DNA of 59,482 nt, counting the filler, from Platydemus manokwari (lineage: Eukaryota), in the NCBI GenBank assembly GCA_037951405.1. It is 6 parts of 6 records of this genome, joined end to end, with 100 filler letters (N's around TTAATTAATTAA, not from the genome) between each part and the next. Parts side by side here need not be neighbours in the genome. Positions count along the whole stretch, not along the records: positions 8,846 to 17,836 come from JBBMOY011318094.1; positions 17,937 to 26,828 come from JBBMOY011333538.1; 4 more parts are not named here. One strand, written 5' to 3'. Below are positions 9,667-24,096 of this stretch, piece after piece; within the stretch, counting starts at the first letter, position 1; each line of letters starts with the position of its first letter. The notes under the pieces are model-generated. The model was not told the origin of the DNA. It made no database searches and saw only the letters and a list, made by a program, of their open reading frames with translations. The position numbers and the translations under genes are program-made.

Positions 9667-12600
9667 GAATGCCTTGATTATAATAATTTAAATATTTAAC
9701 ATGTCACATAGATATTCTTCCCTGCACTTTACTTATTATCTCTCAAAAACTAGGCATTTGTTTCTAATAGGCTCACAAATATTGATCTATGGACTGCACT
9801 AAGTTGAATATTTAATTGTTTAAAAGTATATTTTAGAGGTTATTACCAATGTGAATACTAAATTGTAAATCGTTGGTTAAACGCTATCCAAAACGCTTGG
9901 CTTTTCTCCCACATCGTCATATAATTCCACCAAAGTAACGCGACCACAGCTGAAATTTCAGTCATGATGGAGACCAGATAATAAACTCGAATTTTTTATA
10001 ACAGACTTTATTGAAATGCCTTGGTATTTGTGGATGTCTTGTCATTGCTAGTATCAGAATTAATATTGTATATAATTTAGTGCTACCTACAAATAGCCTT
10101 TTCATGGACACCTTGAAAACAGGCATTTCTATCTCATATCTCATTCTTTGACATTGATTTCAAGCCATAGTCATCGATTGGTGATTTCAGAAAGGCCAAT
10201 AACAATCCCAAAATAGAAATATTGATTTTTCCCATATTTTTCTCCATAGAAGTCAATTACATAAATTCAAAATATAAATTACGAGATAATTCTTCTGCTA
10301 CTAATGGCTAATTCGAGCCACATATACTAGTGTTAGTAATAATACATTCGAATCGTTTCAATTGAATCTTGTTTCTCAAACAATAGATTTATTAATGACA
10401 AAAATGATGTCACAAAGCAATACAAATCTCACCAAACTAAGACGATACTAATAGTCAAATCCTAAAAATGTTCGGCATGATTCCAGTTAAATAAATTAGT
10501 AATTTTAATGGTGTAGATCAGTACCGTATGAACTTCTTGCCAATCTATAATTGAGAACTATATAATGAATCCATTTCAGTTTTGTGATTGTATTTTGTAA
10601 TTTCAAGAATGTCACATTCATCTTTACCTTCGGCAAGACTCTACACTCGATCTATCTGCTTGTCTATTATAATTCAGTTGGTATTTCAAGTATAAAGATT
10701 TGATGGATAATTTTATTAATTATGACAAGATTTTAATTTTTCGTTTATAATAAATTATCGCCAATCTTTCTCAAAACAGACTCTCCATTGAAATTCCTCA
10801 TATTTTTTGAGCTGTCACCATTTGATTAAATCAGAATTTTAAAAAGTCAATCGACGAAATTGCTTTAACATCCTCACAAACTATTTTAAGGAAGTCAACA
10901 CACAATAATATTCAATCCAATTTTTTAAGCATTTTTAATAATTCATTATATTTAAAATATTATTCATAAAATTATAAAATCCTCACAAATTTTATTAAAT
11001 ATACTTCAAGTGAACTTAAGTAGAAATTCAACTGCCCATGATTATATTATGAGGGTTTTCATATCGAACTGATGGCTGGATTATTTGCAAAAGTCCAAAC
11101 CAAATAAACCTCAAATTCACACACTACATAATTGGACGCCTGGTGGATTCCAACTTAAATTCTTTTGTAATATAAAAATATATTTACTACGGGGAAAATA
11201 TTATGTATTTTGGTTTGGACTCCAATAATTATTCGAGTATATCACAGATTTATAATCACGTATGAACTCCCATAAAATTTCTTAATAATATTTTATTGAT
11301 ATTCAAGTTTTGACTTTTAAACAGGATTTAGATTTAGTTGTTAGCTATAATTACGGTCTATTTTGAGATAAATAGTTCGATTGATTATATAATTTTCAGT
11401 AATAATAATAATAATATTGAAAATCTAAATATTTCTCCCATCATCTACAACTCATGTTCACGACATTAATAATTCTAATCGAAATTAAAATTATTATTCG
11501 TCAAATTGGCTTTGATAGTAAGGCAGAAACAATTGGCACGAAGCCAAGAAGTTATCAAAGTATTTCAAACTGAAAATTTGGTAAAGAATTTCGGCAATCA
11601 TCACTGCTGAAATAATTTAGCAAGAGCAATGCCTTATCAGAGCTGCCACCTATTGCTGCTTGTGATATAAAAATAGAATTTTTCCTATAATCAAGAGAAT
11701 TTTCGAATTTTCAAACAAATGATTTATGAAAACCATTGGGTTTGCCAGTAGATATATCGCTTAGCGACAGATTAGACAATTTTATTTTATAGATTTCCTT
11801 GATATTTGCTGGACTCGCAATTATCGTAGTTCTTCTTCCAACCCATAATGTTCTTTTTGATTCAGTAAAGTGTTATTTATTTTAGAATTTTTCAAATCGA
11901 TTTTTCTTAATTTGACCAGCTTAATACAATGATTATTAGCGCTGTAATTTATTTATAGATTTTTAATATTAAGGCTAAAATACTTCTCTCCAGAGATAAT
12001 GGATAAATAAAGTTTAATCTTTAAGTCGATTCCTAGAAGATTATACAATTTCCAGGAACATTATTCTCGATTTTAGCGATAATTAACTGTATGCAATAAA
12101 AAACTAATCTAATCGATAGAAATAATTTGAATGAGAGGGTTTGTTTCCTGTAATTGATTTGAATCGAATTCTACGTCTTAGAAATCGTGAGACAAACTGC
12201 TATTCAAATATTAATGACGTCACTTATTCTAGTTATTGGAAAAGTATTTTTCAATAAATCTCTAAAAGTGGCAATCAATACTGGTTGGCAAGGCAATCTA
12301 GGTGAATTAGAGACTATTAGAGAAAACAAAAATAACTCGAAAACGCAGTCAAATTATGTCGTCAAATTCAGGGAATTTTCAACAATATTAACATTCCTCA
12401 CTAGCATCTCGATTTCGAATGAAAACTCGCAATGAACAGATGGGAAAATTTGGAAAATATAATTATCCCAGCCAAAAAATTTTTTTTACTAATGTCGATT
12501 TGAAAAATCCTCCCGACGCAAACCCATCGAAAATCATTCTGCAAACACATAAATCATAAATTTATATCCCACTATGGAGAAATCAGACAGAGATTGTCTG

Positions 12601-14345
12601 AAATTTCTGATTTTCCTACCCTCCTGATACCGACCAATGGTATTGACAATAGAAATATCGACACGAAAATACCATGGCAAATATCCATATTGCATCACAT
12701 ATCGACAGGAAATATTGAGTATTCCAGAATAACAACAATAATTTCTTAAACATCGAAAATATTATTGATTAGATTATTGAATACAACATTGGATACAATT
12801 GTTTTAAAAAATAATTCATATTAATATTGATTTTTAGTGGATTATCGATTATTTTTACAGAATTAAATTACTTTATGCACCAATCTTTGCAATGGACAAA
12901 AGCATCGTTTGGCAACGAAATAGCCTACGAAAAATTTTGTCAAAACGATAAATAAAATAGAAAATTTCTTACCATAGCAAAATCAAAATGAAATCTCTTT
13001 CAACACTCCTCACTCTTTCCAAAACTTAGAACTCTTTTTAACCCAAGAAAAATCTCCTGTCAAATTGTCATCGGGAATAAATATTTGTCAGCTCATTTTC
13101 CATAACAACACCAACAATGATAACAATATAGATGATGGAAGACTCTTCTATATCCATATTCCTGACATCAATAACTACATTGTTTTCATTTTTTATCATA
13201 AACGAATGCAGTCAATGGTCTCAGGGATTTAAATACAGATCAATCAAGATCGATACAATTTTCGTTTCCACGAATTAAATCACGTTCATCTTGAAATAAA
13301 CTGAAAACGCTAATTTAAACCCCAACTTACGATATCGACCGAAGATTGTGGAAACATAATCGAAATTGGTTGTATTTGTGTTGAGTATTTTTTCTTGTTC
13401 ACATCGTTTCATAGAGGACGTGGAAAAATTCAAAGATTGTATAACAGGATCGGGGAGATATGTATCATTAGCGCAACTGCCCTCGTATGCCTCATTTATA
13501 GGTAAACCGAAGCAGTTCACTAACTTGACCTAGTTTGTGAATTAATTCGACTTGCGATGCAGACAGAGAGAGATTGTCTGTTTTTCTATTCCTTGCACAC
13601 AGACTTGTTTTCATTTCATTGTCTACACAAGACCAGACATTGATCACGGGTTGGTGTGCGTGTGACGATTGCATAAAACGGAATTTGTTACACACACATT
13701 GGTTTGGGTTGTGTTTTTCTGATTCGTTCTTTGCCAAACTCAAATGTACAAACACTGTATATAATGTATAATTTCATTGTACTGGTGAGGTCACACGAGA
13801 CGTGAATGAGAAATCGATTAGACTAGACTATTGACACACGCACACACATTCAGTCACACTAACACACATGAAAATTTTGCTTAATTAGACTAGACTACTT
13901 GCTACAGAATTCGATAATTTTAGTTTTATACATATCTGTTGCAAAATTGCGATTTACTGAAAGATTATTCTTTTATAAAATCGATATTTTTATATAACAA
14001 CAAATGTGCATCTGATGTGTGATGTCTTGCAGATTTTTCTCGTGTTTATCGCATAGTTTTTGTCTACAATAATAGATTTCTGCTTGCTATGATGGTATTA
14101 TTCACGGAACCACGAATCTGCTAACTCTCTTTACATTTTTCTTTGTTGATCTTTGTCTATGAATTTTTCAAGCTTCACATTTGTCGAAAAAGACTGATTT
14201 TTCTTTGGTTTTTTCTTGTAGCTCATTTTTAATGTGACCGAGTTTTTCAGTCTAAAATAAGTAAATCAAAATATTCCGAACCGACCTGACAATTTGAATA
14301 ATTCTTGTTTATTGATTAGATTCGATATTTAGAGGTATTGAAGAA

Positions 14346-14404
14346 TATTATTAATAATAATAATATAATAATAATAATATAATAATAATAATAATTATTA
14401 TTAT

Positions 14405-14435
<31 letters not shown>
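14346..14435. repeat. Compound AAT/ATT + (TA)n + (TG)n microsatellite
   Basis: Directly visible simple repeats. Confidence 0.9.
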
Positions 14436-17199
14436 ATGAAGAATAATTCATAAAAGTGAAGTAACATAATTTAATGAACTAAAATAAATTCAAATAGCGG
14501 GAATTGAATTTTTTGAAGATAAAAATAAATAAATAAAACTGAAATAGAATCCTAATTGCTAAAATAAATTGTTATTATTACAAAAATTTTTAAAATTAAT
14601 TTATGTTGAAAATAAAAAATAAAATTAATTAAATGAATCCTGTTGTTTATCTGAATTAAAATTTATAATTAGTAAACAAATTTAAAAATTAGGAAATTAT
14701 TGATATTTTATAAATGTTTAGCCAATGACAGAAAATTCACTGCTTAGTGTAGCTAGCGAAATTATATTTAAAGAAATAAAATCAAATTTGGGATTGTCGT
14801 AATTAAGAAATAATTTTTCAAAAGAATATTTCGCAACCTTACCGATTATTTTATTTATTTATCATTCATTGTGTCTAGGGTATTGCTGAGTAGTGTTTCT
14901 GATTACCAATAATTCAGAAATATAAATTATTGAGACGAACGTAAAAGTTTTTGCTAGTGTCGTAATAGTGGTTGCGAGTGTAGATGAAGTCTGGAGTAGG
15001 TCCTCGACCAGTATTTTGAATTATGTGTCAGAACTCGATCCTATTTTCAGTGACAAACTTATTTGAGGGCTCGATTACTAGTGATTTTCTTTTGTGCAGA
15101 AAACCTGTATAGTGTAAGAGTAAACAATTCTTAGCGATCAATTTATCTGTCTTTTGAAGTAAGATTAATAAATTTACGAGTATCGTTATACTCTACACCG
15201 GGTACACTAAGATTCAATTCAAGAATCGGTCAATTTCAATCAGATGTAGCTGTCTTGAAACATAAATTGTGAATGAGCCTTACCGTTATGAATTTACATC
15301 ACGTTGATAAATCGGCCATGTGCATTTATTTGAGTTAATATTTTGTATTAAATTATATATTTGATGGTATTATTATTATTTGTAAAATCATTATCTGAGA
15401 TAATCGATCAATATCGATTTAATAATAAACAACCCATGCATATATTAATAATTTAACATAACTTACTCTACATCCATTTGAAACTCAAAATCGCTCGTGG
15501 TAAATAAATTTTTCTATACACCCTCAACAAAATAATTTTCTTTAAACGGAAATCTTCATTATTTGAAATACAATACAAACAATTTTTCCAAGATTTTTAT
15601 TTTTTGGTAAACAAAATTATGTCAATTTCAGAACAAACATCTATCATATTCATCTCATGTTTTGTCATTCTCATGTCACGTGTGTGTGTTGTTTGGATGA
15701 AAACATACTTCAGCTCAATTATAAACTGAAATTTCATTAAACCGATGCAATCTCCGATGAGAGGGTTTTCAATACGGAAAAATAGTTCACAAAAAATTAT
15801 TAACAAAAAATACACCATTTTAGATTGATAGAGAGTGAAATAACGAACTTGTAATTACTCTCTCTTATAGTTTCTATATAAGATATCGCAGATAATAATT
15901 ACTATTTTTAGCTTCTCTGATCTAATAATCGAGGAATAAACTGATATTTTTAAAATATATTTTTAACCAATAAAGAAGAAAATCGAAGAGAAAGAAATTA
16001 AATTTTCGAAATTATTTGATAAAATATTTGAAAGAAAAATACTATTTCCATAGATTCATATAGGTTTTGAAAAGAAATAGCGAAGGATTCAAAGATTTCG
16101 GTAAAAAATAATAAATATTTATTACTGAAGTAAAAGTAGAAGAAACTTTTAGGTTATTTTGGTACCGGCGTTGCCTTGGTGCCAATTGATCCACCAATCA
16201 CAGGTTTTAACATCAGTGATTATGCATAATTTTCGTTGTGTCCGATAAATATTTAAGTTCTATAAAACCAATAAAGTACCAAGAATGTCTTTTTATAATT
16301 TACTTGAAGAATAAAATATATGAATAGTGTCGAATTGATTTATAATTAACTATAAACTTTCTTGTAAATGGCATTCAACAGATGACCACATTAAACTGCG
16401 TTCGTCCAGAAGGCTTATATTGTGTATTGTCTGGAATTAATGGCTCATGTGATTTTTCACATACGAATTTGTATATATTTTATTATTATTTCAAATGATA
16501 ATTATCAAATCCGATAAAAATAATCTGCGCCAATTGTAGAATTGGATGTTGATAAATTATCATCAAGAAAAACGGGTGAAAAAGAGTTTTTATTTAGAAA
16601 AATTGTAAGTAATTAATCGATTACGAGAAACATATTTTTACCTATCAGTCATTGGGTGTTTTGATGTCAATGAGAGACAAGAAACAACTCCCAAACACAT
16701 ACTGATGATTATTCTGATTTATAAAGAAAATTTACCCTTAAAATTGAATAATGAAATCAAATTACAAGCCTATTAGAATTTAACAAATCCATCAATAAAC
16801 TATTTAAAAACGAATAAATGAGATGTGAAGAATATTCGAAAAAATATTTTATTCGATCGCCACCATTTCTTTAAATTCTTTCACTGAAAAAGAATTTTAA
16901 AATTTCGACATAACTTGTATTTGCAATTTATAAAACAAGTTTTTGCTTCATTTTTTTATTTAATTATTTCATTCATTTTTATTTTTAACTTTTTAAAATG
17001 ATAATTTTTAAATTTTTAATTTTTAAAATCAGATTTTTTCAATTTTTTAAATTCCGTTTTAAAAAATTTAATTTAATTTTTTAAATTTTTAAAATATATT
17101 TCTCATTTCTTATTTTCCATCACTTTGGATTCTAATCAACTTATGTTTTGGTAAATAGCTAATTTTATTATCCATTCCTACAACATTTTGCCGTTCCTA

Positions 17200-17610
17200 C
17201 TTGAAACGATAATTTATTAATGAATTCTACTATTTACCTTCTTTTAAGCGCTCGAAAAGCGGATATCTTTTACCTTCAATATGTATTCGAGAATATACTG
17301 ATCAATCAATATTTTTACTATGCAGTCGTCATCATTTCGATAGCTTTTAATCTCTGTTTCTCTTTGTAAGCGTTATCATAAGTATTGTTCTTCCTTTACT
17401 TGTTTTCTTTGATTTACTATGCAGTTTCGGAAATGTATGACGTGAATACAGGGAAAGTATTTATCTATGAAATGGACTTTTCTGAATTTATCACCTTACA
17501 ACTTATATGGTTCTACAAAATTTGGTAGTCGGTTATCTTTGAATGGTTTGCTTTCTGCACCAATGTTATTGTTTTTTATGTGGCTGTTAAGGAAAATTTC
17601 TTCCAAGATA
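17200..17610 (-). mobile_element. Ty3/gypsy integrase C-terminal relic (GPY/F region)
   Basis: One frame with stops reads EEIFLNSH...KDNRLPNFVEPYKL*...FPCIHVIHFR, resembling the KLxPxFxGPYxV...PVFHVSxLK pattern. Heavily decayed. Confidence 0.4.
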
Positions 17611-17836
17611 ATAATTATTAAATAGACGATTCAAATGATTTAGTTTTATTTTCAATTTTAACTTTTCATTAATCTTTCATTGCTTGAGATCTATATAGAT
17701 ACACACAGCCATTTTTTATATTACAGAACAAGCTGAAAAGTGTAAGAGATGATATTGGAATGTAATATTATTGCTTTTCCTTAGCTGTATAATATCTACT
17801 TCAATTTTTGTGTCAATTCTCTCTCTCTCTCTCTCT

Positions 17837-17936
17837 NNNNNNNNNNNNNNNNNNNNNNNNNNNNNNNNNNNNNNNNNNNNTTAATTAATTAANNNNNNNN
17901 NNNNNNNNNNNNNNNNNNNNNNNNNNNNNNNNNNNN
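17837..17936. other. Artificial contig-joining spacer
   Basis: 44 N + TTAATTAATTAA + 44 N. The preceding segment ends in a (CT)n run. Confidence 0.97.
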
Positions 17937-20900
17937 TATTCTTTGTATCGAATGCACCACCTATTTATCTATATATAAATCTTTAATTATTCTCTCTATT
18001 TTATATCTTTTTTTCTGTTATTTCCTGATATTAATATTCTCAGAATCGAATACAAATGCATTATCAATCGCAATAATAATCTGCCATATAAATGGTTTTG
18101 TAAGTACAAATAATTTTTTACAAACGTAGATTTATTAAGTTACATTAATTACTGGAATACTACCATCGCATATAGTCAATAATCTTGTTCTCTTCTCCTC
18201 AAATACAATAATTACAAGGTACTCTCAAATTACAGATTGTAAATAACCAATAACTAATTAATCACGTGTTCTTGCAGAAACCTGTTGCAATATGAACGAG
18301 TATGGATGGAAAATAGAGTAAAGAAATAATAGATAATTATGATCTAATTAACGTAAAATTAACGATGAGATATTAACCATATTTTTGACATATCAATATG
18401 AAATATTTCATTTTAAATAAAATTTAATAGAGTTAATTGGTTAGAATCAGTAGAAGCCCTTTGGATAATTTTCCATCTCAGTGTAGTTAAAAAGTCGATC
18501 TTACTCATAATAAAAATGTCACGCATCATTTCTGCAAATAAATCTTTTTTAAAATGTAATATTGTGCTAATAATAAATATTTTTTTCCTAATTTTATTCT
18601 TATATAAAAAACAATTTAATCTCTTTAATAGTTAATAAAAATTTTTATACGTTTTTCTAGATAGGTTTGACAACAATAAATAATTGGATGTTCACTACAC
18701 ACACATTTTATCGATAATTTTACCAGATTTACTTTTTTTCTGTTAAAGATTTCTAAATCCTGTTTAAGGATTTTATTTGGAATCTTTCTTTATTCTTCAC
18801 TGGTATTGGCCTATTTGATAGTTCGTTATTTTCGGTTGGCATGTTTTAATTAAAACCTGGTGCCCAATTAGAGTGTTTATTTAGAAACTTTTGATTTATC
18901 ACTAGTATAGTATGCATTGACTGTCAGTGTCTATCTCATTTTAAGCCTAATTCTAGGGTTTCCACATTAATTTCGAGTCGTTGTTGACACACTCACTGAA
19001 TTTTAAAATTATAAATTATAGGAGAGCACATAAGAAGTCAATGGAATCTGCATGTCAGTTTTTATAAATAGTATAGCATATTAATTAGGTACCCATAAAA
19101 TTCTGGAAATATAAACTCTGATTTTTACTTCATTTTATTCTTATATCATTTATTATATGATTCATGAATATCAGATAACGATTTATTATAATCTAATTTT
19201 CAAATCGATATTAGTATATTATGAAAAATTGTGTGAATCTTACAAAGCAAAGAGGAATTTTATTGCTAAATAGAATTATTTCTTGGGGACTGTTTATTTC
19301 ATTTTCAATTATTTTATGTGAAAGAATTTTGCCAGACATAAGTTACCGAATTGAGAGATTCAATAATAGGATTTTCAATTTTTTACTTTGTTGTTTGAAA
19401 ACCTATCGAAATTTTCTTCTCGGTTTTTATGATTCATTGAAATTTATCGTTAAAGAAATTTGTCGGATTCATTAGAAAAATTATGGAAAAAATATTCTCA
19501 GTTGGCCAAATATTAATTTCGATTTTGAATTGGTTTCAGTTTATTTCTGTAATTACAATTTAATATCACAGATAATTTCAACAATTTTCGTTGTGATCAT
19601 TTATCAATGATTGATTTTTTATGTAAAATAATTTCTGATTTGTACAAATATTTTATGAAATTGTATTGCAATTCATTGTTCAATTACGCAATAACAGCTC
19701 GAAAATTATCAAGTAAAAAACAATAAGATATCCTATAAGTGTCATTTACAAATATTGTGGAGCGGTCCAAAAATCCTGAACAAAACCGTCGGAACAGTTT
19801 TTAAAATTGGTACACACACACTGAGATCAGCAATTCAATATCCTCTGATTGGATTATAACTTTCAATTGGCGGATATCTACAAATATCAAAATACACCAA
19901 TGATATAAGAGAAGGAAATTTCTCAATTAAATAATTGGCCAATCTTTTAAGTAATTCTAACAAATAAAAAGTAAAATTTTAAGTAGCAAGTGTACATGCA
20001 CAGCAACCATATAAAGATCAGACTCTCGTGAAAACTTCAATCCTTTATGGTTAATTCCCTTCGTTTTTTCTTTGTAATTTTCTTTTTTTAGAGTGATTAC
20101 CTTTTATTTTGTTGAGATTATTAAAAGTATATTTAGTGTTCGGTTCATTATACTTCATCAAAAGATTTTTTAATATTTACAAACTTAAAAATATTATAAA
20201 TTTGTTGAGGATACACTTCACATTCTTACAACCAACCAACACACACTCCTATTCCACCAAATTCCTTCAAATTCATATCCCGCTTATAGAAACTCCAAAT
20301 CAAAGGTCCAAATCGATTGAAACAAAACTTCAAATCCAATACATCAAATTCCCACTTATCAACCAATCAAATCATAAACAGACCCACTACAATCAATTAA
20401 TCAAACGTTATAATCGAAGTAAACCCATCACTACAAATTTCCTTCACTCTACAAATCTCAAATTCAACAATACCTTTACAATTTAAATAAATAAATCCAA
20501 TAACACTTTCCCAAATTCAACCCCAACTTCGATCAATCAACCACAATCAGCAATACACTCTTACAGTTAAACTTGTATCCTCATAATCAGTTCCCAAGCC
20601 CAGTCTCAATAATCAAATATCGATATTCCAACCGCAATCTCGATCAGTCAACAACTTCAAAATCAAAACTTCAATCTTGATCAATTAACCCATACTAAAT
20701 ATCAATCAACCAAGTGCCAATATCCCAAGCTTAACGTGGCAATAATCATTAATATATTATCTAAGTTTGATAATTTGACATTAATATTCTATTGATATTT
20801 TAGTTGCTTTCGATATATTTGTTTTAGCTTTATTTTTATGTGTTATGATATTTTTTATCGTATAATCAATAATTACTCTGAAAGAATACATTGATTCTTT

Positions 20901-21470
20901 TGCATTGTAAACCAGAAGACAGGGGTTATAAAGAGCGGCACAGTGCTGGCTGACAATTAAATAATAAATCACAGTAGCAATAATAACGAATAATAAAAGA
21001 GAATATAGCAATCGGACGGTCGATCAACATAAATAATATTAATGTAGGAAAGAAAGAAAAATAATAATAAATTATATTTAATAATAAAAATATAACAGCA
21101 ATAATAATAATAATGATAGTAAATAATAATAATAAGAATAACAATGATAAATATAATAATAGTAATGGTAATAATAATAATGATTACAGTAATAATATTA
21201 ATAAAAGTATAATTAATGAAGAAGTTTTTATCTGATCGGAGAAAAAGAAACCAGATCAAAATAACAAAGGAAACAAAAATATTAACAGAAAATTTTCTAT
21301 TATATCTGATTTTATCTAATCAGAGAACAGACACATAACAAAGAAATAAAAATATAACAAAGGAAGATAAATATAGTAACGGCCATTATGCTGTACAATC
21401 ATATAGAATAAATTTTATTAACAAAGAATAAAAATGGCGCCAACAAAAATACTATATAAGAACACGATAA

Positions 21471-21887
21471 TGTAACCATTCACCCATTCACACTATCACG
21501 CAGTTGAACACGAACGAGACCGATTTTTGAGTTCGACGAGTGCAATTATTATTCTTATTCGGCAAAGCAGATATTATTCGTGAGTGCAGGTTTTATTAAT
21601 TATTCATTTGTTGCATTGTATACATAATCATTAATTAAATTTAATTAAATATTCCTAATTCATGTCGTCGCTCCTCCTAATTTCCTTCCAGTAGCTGGTA
21701 TATTTTGGGTATCACGTATTTATTTACACATTTATCTACTACACATTTTGCCAACATAGTTTTTGTAATTTTTTGTGTTATCTTGTTCTTCGATTTCCTA
21801 AATGAATATTTATTACCAATTTGTGTTATCATAATAACCAAACAGTCAAATTTAACATATTTATATCATAAGCTCTCACTGGTTACA
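21471..21887 (-). mobile_element. Probable solo LTR, 417 bp
   Basis: Perfect 8-bp inverted ends TGTAACCA...TGGTTACA. A minus-strand AATAAA lies about 120 nt from the 3' end, followed by a GC-richer U5-like stretch. No clean TSD, PBS or PPT. Confidence 0.55.
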
Positions 21888-23980
21888 ATGGGACATTGCG
21901 AATCCTTGCTGCCACAGTTAATAATATTTTGGGTTAATCATTTAAAACCTTTAGACAGTCTTATTCCGATAGCTTCGTCTCCACACGAGCTATTGAAGCC
22001 CCCATTAGGGCAAGATAAAATAATCAAGAACCCACAACAACATAACTTATTTAATATATTTAATAAGAACTGTTAGCTTTTATGATTAACTTTCAGATTT
22101 TTCCAATGCTTATTTTAAATATGCTTTATTCAATACCTTGCATAACTTTAATATTACAGTTTATTTGTATGGCTTAATTTAAATTGTACGTTCTTGTTGA
22201 ATTGACCGAATCTTATTGCAATGCTTGGCCCTCGTGTAATAAATTGTGTACATTGGGACACAAATATAACTTAGTTAACACCTTACTGATTTTGGAGTCA
22301 GATTGAAAAGTTAACGAGTATTGTTGCCTGCTACACCAGATAGACCCAACAAGTATAATGTACAACCTAATTTTTATGAACCACCTTTTAATAGTAACGG
22401 ATCATTTCATTGGATTAAAAACTTTTATAAAATTAACAAGAATTATAAAGTAAATGATGAAAATCTTTGTGCGACCTTTATATGAGAATATATAAATTAA
22501 AAAGCATTAATGAGCAAGCAATTTAAGATTAAAAATAAATAAAATAAATAATTGTGTAGACAACTAAGTATTCTTATATATAGAAATATTCATAGCTGAA
22601 TAAACATTGTATTAAAATAAAATATGATGTAAATTTTTAGATACAAATCCTGTGAACTGTCAACATTAATGTCAGATATTCTTGAGACAAACAACATCTT
22701 CAAAAATTCTTTGAGTCAAAATGTGAAAAGCAAAGTGTAACAATTCCAATATGTCTAAAAATCCTCGTTTTTGGAAAGTGCACATTAACGTCAGTGAGAA
22801 AACATTCATGTTGTTATTTCTTCCAAAAAATATGTAAGGGAAGTTATTTATCATTTCATATAATGCACGTACAAAACCAATTTTCACACGTAGATCACAA
22901 ATGTTATGCTTGTTGTACACTGATTGCTTTTTGGCCTTACAATCACGAATATTTACTTAGATGTTATTGCTATATATTATTGTTTTCAGATCACTCTATA
23001 ATCATAATAATTTAAAATAAAAATAACGTATGGAATAAATTTTTAAAAATGAATTTCTAAAAAAATTAACTTTTATAATGAAACTGAAGCAGGAAGGCAC
23101 TAAAATTGTGTGAACAAAGGAATTATTGAAAAAATCGTTTAAATAAACAATTGTACCCCTTCATCGCATAATTTTGTTGATTTAAATCTAAAATTTACCA
23201 AGTGTCTATTATTTTCTCTACTGCTGACTTAACGGTAGTTAAGTTTCTATACAATCCTCTAGTAATCAATAAAATAAAGTTCTACAAATTCAATAAACTT
23301 GTTACATTATCATGTATTGAATAGATAAAAGAAGAATTCAAGGTTGCAAATTATATTTTGCTCAATATTATTATTTCAATATATTTATCAAAAATACTCC
23401 ACAAATCAAATGCAAAAACCGTCATTTTATTCGGCTTCCAACTGGTACGCGTTGTCAAAAATATACTCTTTCCATATTGCTCCTTCATGCATTATTAAGT
23501 CGATCAATTTAAACAAATGGTTCTATTAATTTTTATTTTTGATTTAAGTAAATAATTAATGATCTTCTTTCAGAATTTTTCTAAGTATATTTATCTAGAA
23601 TTTTTTAATTACTTTTTTAAAAAGTTTATTTTTTACATTCTCGACACTTCTTATAATTTCACTATGGCCAACTTCCTGCATCTCGTGCTCATCATCATTC
23701 CTGTTTTTACTGACTATATCGATCATTTTATACAAAATAAAAGATGAATAATGTTTAGCAATGAATATTATGTATTGTTTACGTTACATTTTTACAAATT
23801 ATATATTATGGCAATATTCTATAGAAATATGTTATAACATCTACAGATCAATATTTGCAGTCACTGACATATGAAAACAGTTTTTAAATTTTACAATACT
23901 ACTATCGATATTAATTTTTTATAAACATGAGTTAATAATTTCGAAAACTTGATTGATAAACAATGATATCATAGGTTGTA

Positions 23981-24096
23981 TCATGCAGCAAGATCGATAT
24001 TTTTAATATAATCTCCATAACATGGAAATGAGTGCTGACTAACGCTGAGCAATCGACTTGAATCTCCGTAAGTGTATCCATCAATTTCTTTTTGAC
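23981..24096 (-). CDS. FAM166/CIMIP2-like ciliary microtubule inner protein, terminal exon
   Basis: TTTTACAG acceptor. Phase-1 start gives (G)QKEIDGYTYGDSSRLLSVSQHSFPCYGDYIKNIDLAA*, completing the motif IPGYTGHLHGQKEIDGYTYG with the upstream exon. Confidence 0.75.

Noticed and set aside
9475-9699. Poly-Ile or hydrophobic ORFs (also 20926..21259, 46078..46320, 58582..58800) resembling membrane proteins
   Set aside because: They are translations of ATT/AAT microsatellites.
11500-11880. GC-richer block with faint resemblance to a hAT dimerisation motif (KALLLLNYFSS)
   Set aside because: Stops in the frames examined and too little motif agreement.
13275-13771. Overlapping track ORFs of 65-87 aa
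   Set aside because: No recognisable domain, non-ATG starts and no coherent splice structure; better explained as UTR or promoter sequence.
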